Assembly (NCBI RefSeq): GCF_009914755.1
Contig: NC_060930.1
From: the human T2T-CHM13v2.0 reference genome, Homo sapiens
Length of the DNA stretch: 64,000 nt
Direction: 5' to 3' (one strand)
The notes under the pieces were generated by a model that saw nothing but the letters and a program-made list of their open reading frames with translations, searched no databases and had not been told where the DNA came from. Numbering within the stretch: the stretch's first letter is position 1; every line of letters begins with the position of its first letter. The position numbers and the translations under genes are program-made. Shown piece after piece: positions 14,491-28,516 of this stretch.

Positions 14491-14812
14491 TGAGATGGAG
14501 TCTCGCTTTTTTACCCAGGCTGCAGTGCTGTGGCACAATCTCTCACTGCAACCTCTACCTCCCGGATTCAAACAATTTTCCTGCTTCAGCCCCCTGAGGA
14601 GCTGGGATTACAGGCGTGTGCCACCACACCCGTCTAATTTTTGTATTTTTACTAGAGACAGGGTTTCACCATGTTGGCCAGGCTAGTCTCGAACTAGCCT
14701 GGTGGTTCAGACTAGTTCGAACTAGTCTCGAACTAGCAGGTGGATCAGAAGATCCACCTACCTTGCCCTCCCAAAGTGCTGGGATTACAGGCATGAGCCA
14801 CTGTACCTGACC
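14386..14812 (-). mobile_element. AluS SINE with palindromic internal insertion
   Basis: Alu dimer; TSD-like TAATCTTTCTT (14382-14392) / TAATGTTTCTT (14813-14823). Confidence 0.92.
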
Positions 14813-16429
14813 TAATGTTTCTTAGTGTAAATTATCTATTCGTTTTTAAGACTATTTTATTAAGTTAATTATATACTTTAAGTTTACCTCTAAAGTCAAT
14901 TTGGCTTATTATCATATTCAAAGGCATTCACCAATTGAGTCAATATTCAAAATTTCAAAAAGCATCAATTGTGAAATACATGTAAATGTATTCATAAATT
15001 GTACACAGGTAAATGTGAGATAATAGTACATGTTTCTACTCCAAACATATAGAGGATTTTGAATTTGAAGCACAGCTTAATAACACTCCTAATGGAAATA
15101 TATAAACCTCTAAATATCCTGCACCTTCAATATTTTCTGATAATGGTAATACGAGGTAACAAATATTCCTTTTTAGGCTAAAACTTTCCTATGCAGGAAT
15201 CATGTGCGATGTATCTACAATGTTATTTATAAGCATGAAATACCACACTGCTCTTACCCAGAGGCATTATGGACACTGCTTAGTCTTCCATGAAAATCTC
15301 ATTATATTAAATCCTATTAATGATAATATAAAAAATTTACAATATAATTTTCTATCATATTAGTGATACATCATATCACATTATCATTTTCTTAGCATTA
15401 ATATTGTGTTTATGCCTTTAGGTAGAGTTAAAAGGGGACTTATTAATAACCTGTAACAAGAACTTTTTGCCACATTGTTCAACATGGTCTCTTTAGATAC
15501 TAATACATTAGCCTTAAACATGGACAAGAAATGAACTGATGAAGGTTTGTGCAGCATAGTGTGTGTGACTCACTCATCTGAATATTCAAATGAGGGCTGC
15601 AAAATAATGATGAGAATCACAGTCAAAATCTTTCTGACCTTACAGTTAAAGGTTGACTCTATCAATGGGATTAAGCAATAGTTTATGCTTGCTATCTGAA
15701 ATGAATTTTTGTAATCAGATATATAATGTTTACAATTTATTCTGATACCTCCACCTTTGTTTCTAGGTTGTTTTCTCTGTTGATTCCTTTGCCCAACACC
15801 CTGTTTGTTGATGTTCTGTTCCACTGGTTCTTAGTTGTTCCATACGGACCTTTTCCATATAACATTGTACATATTGTATTGATTTTGCATTTCCTTTAAT
15901 TATCTTCCTTAATCCTGTCATACTAACTAATTCCACTCATCCTGTGGTTGTGAGTTGACTTACTGATAATGCAATAGAGCTCTCTGATTCCAGGTATGAC
16001 AATTCCAAGGACTACCTGGGAAGGTGCTAGAGGGCATGCCAATTTTCTATTCTCAGAAGTGGATGAGTCTATATGCTCTGTAGCTGATCCAAATATTTAA
16101 AGGTGGCATTGATAACTTTGTTATGTTTTAGTTAGTAAATTAGTTGTTTTGTTCAATTTTGAACTAACAAAACCTAGGTACCCCAAATGAGCAAAAGTTA
16201 TACAATACTTAAGACATTTACAAAAACAAAATATGTGTATCAATTTTCTTCCATGTCATAATGCTTCATTTCCAGGTTGTTTCTCTTTTTGTTCATTCAT
16301 TTAAAAACAAAATAAAACCTTACATTGGATTCTTAAAGATATTTAGCAAATTAAAAGATACCAGGCTCAAGAAAAAGGTATTTGTCCTTAATTTAGTCAA
16401 TTTATTGGACTGCTTTTTTTTTTCCTATT

Positions 16430-16757
16430 ATTTTTTAAATATTTTTATTGTGTTAAGCATATGAGATCTACTCACTTTACAAATTTTTATACATACAGTA
16501 CAGTATTGTTAACTATAAACACAATATTGCACAGCTGATTTCTATAACATTTTTATTTTGCTTGACTGAAACTTTATACCCTTTGAAAAGCAACTCCTGA
16601 TTTCCCCTCCCCTGGCCCATAGCAACCACAATTCTACTTTCTCCTTCATTGAGTTTGACTATTTTAGATACTTCATATAAATGGAATCATGCAGTATTTG
16701 CATTTCTGTGTCTGGCTTATTTCACTTAGCATAATTTCCTCAAAATTCATGAATGTT
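16430..16757 (-). mobile_element. L1MA8/9-like 3' end
   Basis: ATGAGATCTACTC..TACAGTACAGTATTGTTAACTATA..GAGTTTGACTATTTTAGATACTTCATATAAATGGAATCATGCAGTATTTG. Confidence 0.8.
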
Positions 16758-16859
16758 TTAATACACCTATATAGATAACGTAAAAAAAGAAAACAAGTTT
16801 TAATTTTGTTGTGTATGTAAAAATACAATCAGCTTATAAATAAATCCCCTTTGAAATCA

Positions 16860-17095
16860 GGAGGCAGCATAGCAGAGGGATTAAGAAAGCTGGGCCTGGG
16901 GTCAGACTGTACAAAAATCCTGGTCTCAATATCTATTAGCTTGGTGAATTGCTCTCTTACCTCATCTGTAAAACAGGAGCAAAAACTGTATCTATTACAT
17001 AGGATTTTTGTAAGGATTGATGAGTTAATGTGTATAAGTATTATAGAACAATGTCTGGCATGTAATATACTCTCAGTTAATATTTGTTATTTTAT
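16860..17095 (+). mobile_element. MIR SINE
   Basis: GGCAGCATAGCAGAGGGATTAAGA..CCTCATCTGTAAAACAGG..GTAAGGATTGATGAGTTAATG. Confidence 0.8.
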
Positions 17096-19914
17096 TGTCA
17101 TTACTGCATTCAATACATAACAAGTATTTATTGATGCTCTTGTTAATGAATATGCTCACTTATCTTATTTGTATCCTGACCACTTTAAAAATTTTTTTGT
17201 TGTTGATATAGAGATTAAAATGCCATGAAAAAGAAAAAATTATAGAAAAGCAAAAAGAGCTGAATGCAGTGAATGAACATCTGTGAATGAAGTTGAGAGG
17301 GTATATGTGGTGAGTATACAGTGAGCTGATTCTAATTAAAATCCCATTTTTTCATTGTGCTTTCTGGTAGCAAATGCAACAAGTGATATTTGTTACATTA
17401 TATTGTTTTCTTTATTTTGCAATTACTTGCAAGCACTTATCTCCTGTAACTGAAAAAAAAATTGAGTGATATTTTCAATTTTATTTTATTCTTTACCTTC
17501 ATGGAAACATTTGCCTAGGATCTTAGTTTTTATTTCTGTTGTTCTGTGTTCTGTTATATCCTATATCCTGTTAGTGTTGGGAATGAGGAAATAGCAGCCT
17601 ACCTGTGCCATATGAGTCCATCATTAATAGTAGAGAAATGCCACGAGCAAGGCTATTGTCATATCAGCCCTTTACAAAGCAGATTGACATAATAGTAAAT
17701 AACCACCCAATAATGAATGTATTTTGTTACTTTTTTGAATACCTAACTCTTACACAAATAGGTTTTTAATAATTGATACTCTACTTGTAATCCTGCTATC
17801 AAAAATAATCTGATACAAACTTGAAGTTCATTAGGACTCATTTTTTATTAATAATTAATATTACCTTACTATTTATGCTTTTATTTTTTTCTGTGGCTTT
17901 AAATAACTAATCAGCATGTCACATCAGGATTAATTTAGTTATCTTAAATATTATGAAATGGCATTTTATAGACTAAGGAAAAGTTAAGATATTAACTTAG
18001 TAACATTAGAATAGTTTCTAAGTAGAGAGTTCATGTGGGTGGGTGTAAATAAGAGCATGTAATTTAGAGAAAAGAGAATCAGGTAGGAGTAAAGTATATC
18101 ATATTACTTCATAAGCAAAACAGAATATGCCCTTCAATCACTCTGTTTCTTTTCTGCTAGAAGCTGTATTGCTAAATGTTGTGACCTCCTTTGTATTTCT
18201 AGTACTCAACTTTAATGGAGCCTCATAAGCAGATAGACATTCATGTTGGCCATTTATGACATCTAGATGTTCTGGTAAATATTAAGACAAGAAATGGATA
18301 AAAATTGCATTACTATTATTTTATCCAGTTGACATGTAAATGTGTGTGTGGGGGTGAGAAAGAATAAAGAGGATGTCACTTATTATAACATGTTATTTGT
18401 TAAGATATTTATAAAAGAATTTTAGAATAAGTCATTATTTTTTGGAAATCAGATTCTCCCTGGTGCCTTCCTCACTGTTGGATAAGTGTTAACAGTTTCA
18501 GGGCCCTGATGACTCATGGCTATAAATAACACTCTCTGAATCCAAGTCCAGCTTTCAAACACATAGAGAACAATAGGGAATTAAAAATAAAAGGTATTGC
18601 AGTTTACATATTTTTGAATGCTTCTGTTAAAACACTTTCTCTTAACCTGGCCTCAGGACATAGATCTAATGTCCATGATTTGCTGAATCTCTGAGAATGA
18701 TTCCATTTTGTCTCTCTAGTCACAGCAAACTTCAGCAATTTGTGCTTTTTCTGCATGACAGCAAACTTCCTTTACCCCTTAGCTCTGCTTGGCCAGTGTT
18801 ATTGAAGTCTAAGTTTTAGGTCCCCAGGACATAAAATTGACCAATCTTAATAGTGATGTCACAACAGTTTAGTGATGTTTGGCACTGATAAAGTCTAGTT
18901 GCTATACTATAATACGACACAAATATGTTAGAGTAAGAAAAACCTCTTAATTTCTTCTCTTTAAGCTTAACCTTAAATAAATAGGAAATTTCTTTGTGGC
19001 TGGCTGCAGAGCCAAATCTTTCTGGGTGAATTTAAAGTACACATAAACGCTCCTCTTCACTACTTTTATGATCCTCCTTTCCTCCCATAAGAAGGTAAAG
19101 TTGATGAGTATCCTTGAAAAATCATCATGGGTAGAAGAAATGCTGAGGTTTTTCTCCTCCAAAATACCCATCCCACAATATTCTCTTGTGGGTGAGGGAC
19201 GGACAAAACTGTGTTAAGTCAGAAGCTACACTAGGCATTTAGCTCAGAGATACTGTGTCTATTGTGTAGGAGTTCTCTCTTGTTTCAGGACCTCCATCCC
19301 CACCCTGTGGAAACCCTGGCTAAGAATCTTCGTGTTGATGACATCATTTTACCTTCCCTTCTGTATTTGCTGGAAATGAAAATGGAGCTGTCTCTCTGTA
19401 TAACATGTGTTTCATAATGAGTAACATCAATATCATTATCATAGTATTTGCTTTCTAATATTCACATGCATAATAGATATATGGATTTGTTTTGATCTAT
19501 GTCAGAGCAGGTAAGTTCATTCAGTAAATGGAATAGCAACATCAGACATAAGAAGCCTGGACTGAGGAATAAATTGGGAGTCTGAATTTTAATAGAACTA
19601 GTTGCTTAATTAGACGGCAGGTGCCAGGATGGAAATACATTTGACCAAATCAATGCCTTCTGAGTCTATTTGAGGGCATTATTGGGCACATTTTGTGTTA
19701 GCTATTAAAGTAGGGACTTTTTAGTCCATATGTGTTAGTTTTAAAATTATGTGTGTACCATTATAGATTAACACATATACACAAAGCCAAATATATATAT
19801 ACATAAAATATGTATTATCATCAATCTATATCATATGTATACATATATAACATATGTAATATCATACATATCACATTATAAACAATCATGTAGTAGTAAC
19901 TTTCAAACGATGTC

Positions 19915-20336
19915 TTTTTGAATGCATAAAACTGAACACTGTCAGAATAATCCAGGTCACCTCTTGAATGCTTTGCTGCTTAGAAATTTTTTCTGCCATA
20001 TACCCTGAATCATCTTTCAAGTTCAAAGTTCCACAGATCTCTAGGGCAGGGTCAAAATGCCACCAATCTCTGCTAAAGCATAGTAAGAGTTTCCAATAAG
20101 TTCTTCATCTCCATCTGAGACCACCTCAGTCTGCATTTCGTTGTCCATATCACTATCAGCATTTTGGTCAAAACCATTCAACAAATCTCTAGGAAGTTCT
20201 AAACTTTTCTATGTCTTCCTGTCTTCTTCTAAGTCTCCCAGCTGTTCCAACCTCTGCCCCTTACCCAGTTCCAAAATTGCTTCCACATTTTCAGATATCT
20301 TCATAGCAGTGCCCCACTCTCGTGGTACCAATGTTC
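19915..20336 (-). mobile_element. THE1-internal fragment (5' part of internal region; remainder missing)
   Basis: Reverse-complement match to 44875-45620 in this window, e.g. CAAGTTCAAAGTTCCACAGATCTCTAGGGCAGGG, TTCATCTCCATCTGAGACCACCTCAG. Confidence 0.88.
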
Positions 20337-20721
20337 TGTATTAGTCTGTTTTCACATTGCTATAACGAACTACCTGAGGATGGGTAATTTGTGAAGAAAA
20401 GAGGTTTAATTGACTTGCAGTTCTGCAGGCTTTACAGAAAGCATGACTGGTATGCCTCAGGAAACTTACAATCATGGAGGAAGGTGAAGGGGAAGCAAGT
20501 ATTTCTTACCATGGTGGAGCATGAGAGAGAGGGAATGAAGGGGGAAGTGCTACATACTTTCAAACAACCGGATCCCGTGAGAACTCACTCACTGTCATGA
20601 GAATAGCAAGAGGGAAGCCCACTCTCATGTTCCAGTCACCTCCCACCAGGCACCTCCCCTGACACGTGGGGATTGCAATTGAGATGAGATTTGGGTAGGG
20701 ACACACAGCCAAACCATATCA
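20337..20721 (-). mobile_element. THE1D-like LTR
   Basis: TGTATTAGTC..GAAGAAAAGAGGTTTAATTGAC..CCTCAGGAAACTTACAATCATGG..CAGCCAAACCATATCA. Confidence 0.88.
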
Positions 20722-21094
20722 CACTTCTTATATGCCAGGGGTGGTCCTAAGAACTTTATAAATGCTAACTGGTTTGAATGATAATTCATTTGAAAATTTA
20801 ATTCATTAAAATTAACAGTCTTAGAATATAATCTCACCTTGACAAAATAGCCATGTTCCACAAAAAAATACAATTGAATTCTCTATGGGTGGGAGCAAGA
20901 GACCAGAAGATCTGCGAGATAGAAGCTGTAATTACCTTCAAGAAGAATAAGAGCCTAAATAAGAAAAATGGTGAAAACTGAAGGAAAATGAATTATTCAA
21001 TTATAAATATTGTCTACATGATAAAATAACATAACTAAAGTAGGTGTAATTTATAATGCATATATCCAGGCCACTTTGTATTTCTTCAATTGTT

Positions 21095-21220
21095 TATATT
21101 TTTATTCATATTTTAAATACCTTACTATGTGCTAGGCACTGTGCTCAGTCACAGGATAGTGAAAACAACGGATGGAAGAAATTGCTGCTTTCATGGAGCT
21201 CACAGTCTAATTGGGAGCTT
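21095..21220 (-). mobile_element. L2 3' end fragment
   Basis: TACTATGTGCTAGGCACTGTGCT..TCATGGAGCTCACAGTCTA. Confidence 0.7.
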
Positions 21221-21234
21221 ATATTCTATATAAG

Positions 21235-21590
21235 TAAAAGTTAGCAATGCTAGCAGTTATTGGCAGTGCTAAACAAATCTCCAGAGTTCATTGGCTTTCA
21301 AATAAAAGTTTATATCTTCTTTACACAAAGTCTAATGTTGATGCTCCTATTCAGTATATGGTTTCCCACAAGGTCATTCAGGAACCCAGGCGAATTCTAT
21401 CTGAGGGCTTTCTGTCATTTAGGTCCTAAATGTCTTTTTCATTCAGCAGATGAAAAAAGAGTGATATTAGTGGACTATTCAAGAGAATATTAAAGTCCAG
21501 TACTGAGAGAGGCATAATCACCTGCACTTACACATTGCTGACCACAGTACTGCAAAGGTGGCTGGGAAAAGAAGCCCACATGTACAGAGT
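21235..21590 (-). mobile_element. Old MLT1 (J/K-like) LTR remnant
   Basis: AACAAATCTCCAGAGTTCATTGGCTT..AAAGTTTATATCTT..GTCATTCAGGAACCCAGG..TGCAAAGGTGGCTGGGAAA. Confidence 0.55.
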
Positions 21591-21593
21591 AAA

Positions 21594-22248
21594 GATGTTG
21601 TCAGCATTTTGAATTTTAGCTATTCTAGTAAGTATAGAGTGTATCTTACTGTTATTTAATTTGCAATTCTCTAGTGATAATGCGGTTTAAATCTTTTCTT
21701 ATCCTTACTTACCATCTGTATATCTTGTTTGGTGAGATGTCTGTTCTTTAGCCCATTTTTTAATTGAGTTGTTCATTTTGTTATTGTTGAGTTTTAAGGG
21801 TATTTTGTGTATTTGGGGTAACAGTCCTTTATCAGATGTGTCTTTTGTGAATATTTTTCTCAGTCTGTGATTTGTCCTCTCATTCTTTTAACATTGTCTT
21901 TTGCGGAGAAGAAGTTTTTGACCTCTTTTAATGAAGTCCAGCTTATCAATAATTTGTTTTGTGGATCATGGCTTTGGTGTTCCAAAAAGTTGTTATGGTG
22001 CCCAAGGTCATCTAGGGTTTCTCCTATATATCTTCTAGGAATTTTATAACAATGCATTTCACATTTAGGTGTATGCTGTCTTTCGAGTTAATTTTTGTGA
22101 AGGGTGTAAGGTCTGTGTCTACATTCATTTTTGCATGTGGATGTTCAATTGTTCGAGTATCATTTGTTGAAAAGACTGTTTTTTCCATTGTATTTCCTTT
22201 ATTGCTTTGTCAAAGATCAGACGACTATATTTACGTGGGTCTATCTCT
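21594..22248 (-). mobile_element. L1MC/MD ORF2 3' fragment
   Basis: CAGTCCTTTATCAGATGTGTCTTTTG..CCAAGGTCATCTAGGGTTTCTCCTAT; ORF 21860-22057 resembles ORF2 (IGETLDDLG, NFFSAKDNVKRMRGQ). Confidence 0.85.
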
Positions 22249-22279
22249 TACTCAGAGGAAAGGGGAATGGGTTTGATAA

Positions 22280-22460
22280 AACCATAGTCTCTGTCACATA
22301 TTTGACTTCACAATTAATATTCACACTTATCCTAAATGTAGATAAAATTATTGCATCTATTTTACAGATGAGGAAATGGAAGCTCAAAAAGGATCAAATT
22401 ACTTTTCAAAGTTAACACACTTTAGTTACTATCAGACCTGAGATTTTAAACAAGGTCAAA
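22280..22460 (-). mobile_element. MIR SINE
   Basis: Core ATTTTACAGATGAGGAAATGGAAGCTCA. Confidence 0.7.
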
Positions 22461-25400
22461 ATCTTACTACTTAAGAATCAATATATGGAGAGATTGTGTT
22501 TATTAGTTTGTTTTGTCATGTTTTGTGTTTAAACTTTTGTGAAAAAATAATTTAGTTGATTTGAATTGACTTTCTTTCAAAGAAAACAAGCTCTCCAACG
22601 TTCAAAATTAACCCCATTAACAGAAACTCAAGAAGACCAAATTACATATGAGATTTTAGTCTTTCTTTATTTTCCAACTTGGAAATTTTATATAGATGGT
22701 AGAAAAAATTGATAAAGTGTCAGAAATAAGCACTAAACAAACAATATTATCATAAATAAACATCATCTTCAATTAGTATCAATAAGACATAAAATGCTGC
22801 CACAACTGAGGCCATCAACTTTGGTGAAGAATGTATTATAGAATATTTTACTGTGGTTCAAAGAGGTATTTGAAATACCATACTGCCATTTTTGGAAACT
22901 AATAAAATATATCTTGAAAAGAAAGGTAATTAATTATAGATTTTTAACTTCATATTTCAAATTCCACTCAGCCCACACCAATCTGAAAGTCACTAATTTG
23001 ATTTAACTCTACGTAGTAAAACTCCATTTGTCTTTGAGTTGTCATTCAGTCCTCTATGACAAATTCTGAAAATACTTTCCTCAAGCATGCAGAACTTGAT
23101 GAAATATCCTTAAAACATTTTAAGCTGTTAATAGAAACACACAAGAATATTGTGGAAAAAATATCTTTTATTGATATATTTAGTTTAATTAGCAAATATA
23201 AATTTATAAGCAGGTAAGATTCACATAGACAAAATAGTAATACACAGTGAAGAAATTTTACACTATAATAATCACACATTTTTATTAAGCTCTTAGACTT
23301 ACTGCAAATGTATTTTCTTGGTACTTGGGTAGAATGGCAACGGGCACTTTAGATCTCAGATCAATAGATAGAAGCACTTATTTTACGTGAGAGAAGCAAA
23401 GAGATTTTCTGTTGTCTTAAAATTCACTTTGCTATGTGATGTGAACTCATTTTGAAGTCTTTCTTGTCAATGATAATATTACATTTCAAACTGAGACACA
23501 GTGTGTTTCTCTTTTGAGAAAGCTACTCATCTTAAATAGAGCAAAGTTTCAAAACAGCAAGTTAGATATATCCCTTATTGTTCATAACCAAAATCTTTAC
23601 ATTTTGGAAAAGAAAAAGATGAAAAAGAAAGTAGATAAAATTCAATACTAAAAAATTCTACTGCTAAGGTTTTCTATAAAAACAATTAGCTGACCAGAGA
23701 TGGTACCGTTGTCTAGAGATTAGCACTGGAAAGAAAATAAGCAAGACTAAAGCATTTATGGTTTATGCATCTGTCTATTTAAAGGACTTCCAACCCCTTA
23801 GCCCAATGCTGCTGTCAGGAAAGAAATGGAAAATCCAGTTACAACTGTCTAGCAGGTCTATCATTATTCAGGATGAAAGCACTGCTTAGTCATTCACTAA
23901 CTCAGAATTCTCTTTTTAGCAACTTAATACAGTATCATGCAACCACTGCCCAAGACAATTTACAACAAGACTCTTTGCCAAAAATACATCAATTGTAAGG
24001 AAAACAGGAAACAGCAAAGAGAAGGGCAATCTTAACCAGTTTTCTGAGTCATCTTTTCCTGTGCACTCGTCACGAAACTCCATTTATTTAGGTGAGCTGG
24101 AAGTATTATATTTAGGAAATAGGGTTAGAGCCTGATAGTGCCGTTAAGCGGTCTAAGCCACCAGTTTTTCTAAGGGCTAATTCTAGGCCAAATTATAAAG
24201 TAGCAAATTCTGCTTTGATGCTGTCTCCTCTCTCCTTTTTGTCTTCCAATTTCTTCCTTTCAAATAACCAGGGACCTCTTGTCTTATCTGACTTCTCGGA
24301 ACCTACTGTTTTCCACACTAAAACCTGTGCAGTTAGTTAACATGCTGATCTGATCACCTAACATGATGAACTAGTGCCAAGTGTGGATATAACTGGAGGA
24401 GCTCGAGATTTAAAAGTTAAGTAACGTTCCAGAAAATACATAGCTTATAACTAGTGATAACTAGAGGAGCAAGAAGTCAGTTGCAGGCCTGTGAGCGTTT
24501 CCAGTCATTATTATGCTGATTTACATGGTTATTCTGGTGGGGCTGTGCCTAGAGGTGAGAGTAGGGGCATCCTATCAGAATTCCCAGGGTATATTCTCAA
24601 AATTAATATACATGACTGAGAATCTCCTGAGTTATGTAATCAGTGTGGCAGTCATACATGTTATAACAATTTCCCAAATGACTAGAATGCACACTCAGAG
24701 AACACACATTAATTTTAGGTAATGGATGTGCTAAGACATGGTGAACACCAGTGTCACTTGATGCAGACTGAAACTCACAGGCAAAAGAGTAACTGGAGTA
24801 TAAGTAAGTCCTCTAACTCAAATGGTAGTCATGCCTCTGGGGTGTAAGACATGTATAAGTCAGGGCAGTGCTGGAAATTATAGATTTCTCTAGATTTGTT
24901 TCATTTGTAGCAGGGAAAAGGCCCGTTTAGAAGCCTATTTGGATGGATTTTTCAGTGTGAATGAAAGTCCCTGTACTGCAGCAATTGGTGCCGGTCTCTC
25001 CCTTCCCAGACTCTCACATTTCCTTCATAGTTTTTTCTTAACGAACCATCAGCCATACTGCCTTAGAGACGGGTCCCAGTGGGAAATTTGGTTCTCAATA
25101 CTGTCCCCTCCTGTCTGCTCTTCTACTTTTCTTTCCACTTGTCTGTTCTTTTCATTTGAGGGAGACCCTAGGCTCTAGAGTTCTATTTTGGCAGGCTATA
25201 GCTATAGCCTCGAGAGATGCTCCAATTTGCAAACAGTCTTTGAGGGGTCTCCCTTGCTCAGGACTCCAGCCCAGTTTCCGGATACCCAATTCAAAATTGG
25301 TTCTCATTTTTATTACTTTCTAGATGGTTTATCATTGCAGTTTTGATTTCCTCTCTGATATGAAGTGAACCCTATTACCAGCTCCATTATAAGTGATGCT

Positions 25401-27304
25401 TTATTTGTTCATTGGCTATCTTAAGGAGCAGTGCTGAGAGTCATGGAAAGTGAAATGAATTGCTCTGCTCTGGGCTAGTTAAGGAGCAGCAGAAATGCCT
25501 TAGTTCTAATAGATTTAAGTTCCAGATAAGGCTTTTCCAGACCTTTAAGTTCTAGGGACATCCAGATTCGCAAGGTGCAAAGAACGTAATCCATATCTTC
25601 ATATCCCCCTAAGTGCCTTGTGAGCATACATGTGCTACTTCAGACTGCTTAGACCTTCTGCTGGAACTCCAGATGATAATGGGAAATGGACATCATTCAA
25701 AATATTTAAAACATTCAATTAAGAGATCATAGCTCAGACTGGGTATGTTTAATTTGACCACAACAATAATTGATTGATTTCTAGGAATAATATCAGTTTA
25801 AATCATTCTGCCAAATTTTACTCCCATCTCTTCCCCTAATGGATTCCTTTGCTTTGCTTACTCAGGTCAGGAGGAACTGGAAGGTGAGGATATAACACAC
25901 ATTGAAGCACTTAATCACCTCTTGATTGACTAAAGGAAAATCCTGATTTAAGGATCTAAACTGTGTTTTTCATTTATTAGCACTTTGGATAGCAACAAAT
26001 GTTTCCAAACACCTGAGAACAGGAGAAATTCAGACACATTGGAAAGGCTTTGGGGGTTAAAAATAAGAATATTTCACAAACTAACCACCAGCATCAAATG
26101 ATAGAATGTATGATGCAAATGGTAACAACGTGAACAGATAAGGATCTTCTGCCATGTATCTCCCTGACCATTCCTTGTACTTTCTATTTTCATAAAAAAC
26201 CCTCAGTAAAGACAGAGAACTCTTTAATTGACTGACAAAAGTTTCTAATACTCTAGAATGAAATTTATAAAATAAATTACATTAGATCATATAATATTAA
26301 AGAAAGTTTTGTATCATGCACACTTGCTTTTTTGATTGAGATGGTTATAAGACTTTTCTACTAATGATACTGACATCAGTTGAAATATTTACTCAAAGCC
26401 TCGTACTGCAAAACTGCGTAGATGGGAATTATAAGTATACATAAATTAGCACTGAATAAACTCTATTGGGTCTGGGAATAAGTTGAATTTTATCCAGGAA
26501 ACTTTACCAGCATATGTGTTATGCTTCTGAACACTTTTCCATTAAAGCGATGTGATCCAGGGTTTATATGTATGCCTTTAAAAATAGTTCAATATATTGT
26601 GTTTTCATCATTTAGAATTTATTTTAAAATAATTATTTTATGTATATTATTATTTGTGTAGAGGAATAACTCAATTTCTAACATTCTTATATAAGGTATG
26701 AACAAACAGGCACACACATTGATAACTATTCATAATTAATGAAAGTCAACACATTATACATGCTTAAAATACAGAAGTAGACTACAAAGAAGTAATATAA
26801 ATGAGAATTTGGGTTAGTTAGAAGATGGTCATTTAAATTACAAAATGACTTCTTTGTTACAAGAAGTTTCATTTAATTATTTAAGAAAGAGGTCACAGTT
26901 CTATTTCTATTGTGATATTATTCCTCATAATGAGCTAAATGATCTTTCAGTTTTTTTCATAGTATTATGTGTGACTGGCTTTTATTGATTCTTCATAAAC
27001 TGTGCTTAATAACTTCAGATATAGCTTCCTAGTTAATTAAATATACTATAATTGGCTAAGGATGTAAGTATATCCCTTCAATTTGTTTTAGATTATCACC
27101 TTTTTGGTGTTATACATATTTGTCCTAATAAAATAACGAAGCATTATAATATAGTGATGCAAAGAGCACATTAGGAATCTTTTTCTTATCTTGATTTATT
27201 TGTGTTGAAATAGCTGGGTAACAGAAGAAAGATATCTACAATTTCTGATGGGCTTTTAAGGTACTGTATTATACTGTCTTCATTTTCTAACCTCTTCCTC
27301 ACGT

Positions 27305-27410
27305 TGCCTTAATTAGTGAGCTTCTTTAGAATACGAGCCACACCTCATTTATGTTGAAATCTCCAGCATCGGCTACAATGACTGGAACATGGAATATATG
27401 CAATAAACTA
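27305..27410 (+). mobile_element. L2 3' end fragment
   Basis: GTGAGCTTCTTTAGAA..ATCTCCAGCATC..TGACTGGAACATGG..CAATAAA. Confidence 0.5.
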
Positions 27411-28516
27411 GACCTCTGTATTCTGAAGCGCAGTGTCTTTTTTTTCTATTTCTTTTCTTCCTTTATAATGAAAATAACAATTACAATATATTATACAGCT
27501 ATGACAGGAAGAATAAAGTGTTATGTTTAGTAAAAATCATTTTAACTTAAAAAACAGTATAAATTGTAATGGATTTTATTATAAATATTTTACTAATTCT
27601 TTAAAATTCAGCTTAAATCATGTATCTTCCTGAAGATGTTCTGATTATTTCAGTTTACAATTATGTCTTCCTTTTCTACACTCCAATTTTTCTGTTTAGA
27701 CAATAAACAAATTAGAAAATAAGACAATTACATGTTGTGGAAACAAGGGTGACCTTAGCCCGGTATGTGCATTATGTGGAGGAAAAGGCTGAGGCCCAGA
27801 GAAACAGTGGGAAGAACTGGAATCTTTTGACTCTCAGGCGGCCCCTCCTGCTATGATTGTAATGATGAGGAACTGAAAGACAAGCATGTGAAGAAGCATC
27901 TCAGTCTGTTTATCTGTAAAATCAACAGACTTTAAAATAGGCTGTCTAGAGAATTATTTGTTTCGGCACTGATCACAATATGTGTGCCATGTTGATTCTC
28001 CAACACAATTGTTCATTCCTGAAGATGTTACAAATAAATTACGCACCACGGAATCTGCCTTTAGAAAAATGCCTCTATATTAGCAGATGCCATTCTTCCC
28101 ATTCCATAAGGTAAAATGAAGCCATAGGGCATGACCAGCCTCAATTCTACTCCCTCAAGGAAATGAACGTCGGCAGTCTTTCCTGTGTTTCCTCCAGAGT
28201 GATGGTACTAAGGGGAGGGGGAAAAATTCATGTTTGTTCAAGACAGATTCCTCAGTCTTAGTTTTTAACCAGCTCCTTTTTTTTCTCTCTGATACCTTGC
28301 CCCATAAATTATTCCCACTTTCCATAAATTTTCACCATTTTACTCCCTTGTACCACATTTTCTATCAACATATTTACTGCAGTCCTCTTCTAAACAAGTC
28401 TTGCCTCTGTGGCCCTCTGCTGCCACCATCCTCTCTCTCTTTTTTCTCCTTCTTGAAAAAGGTGTCTCAATTTATTTTTTCCCTAATTTGATTCCTACTG
28501 GTTAACCTGCTGCAAT

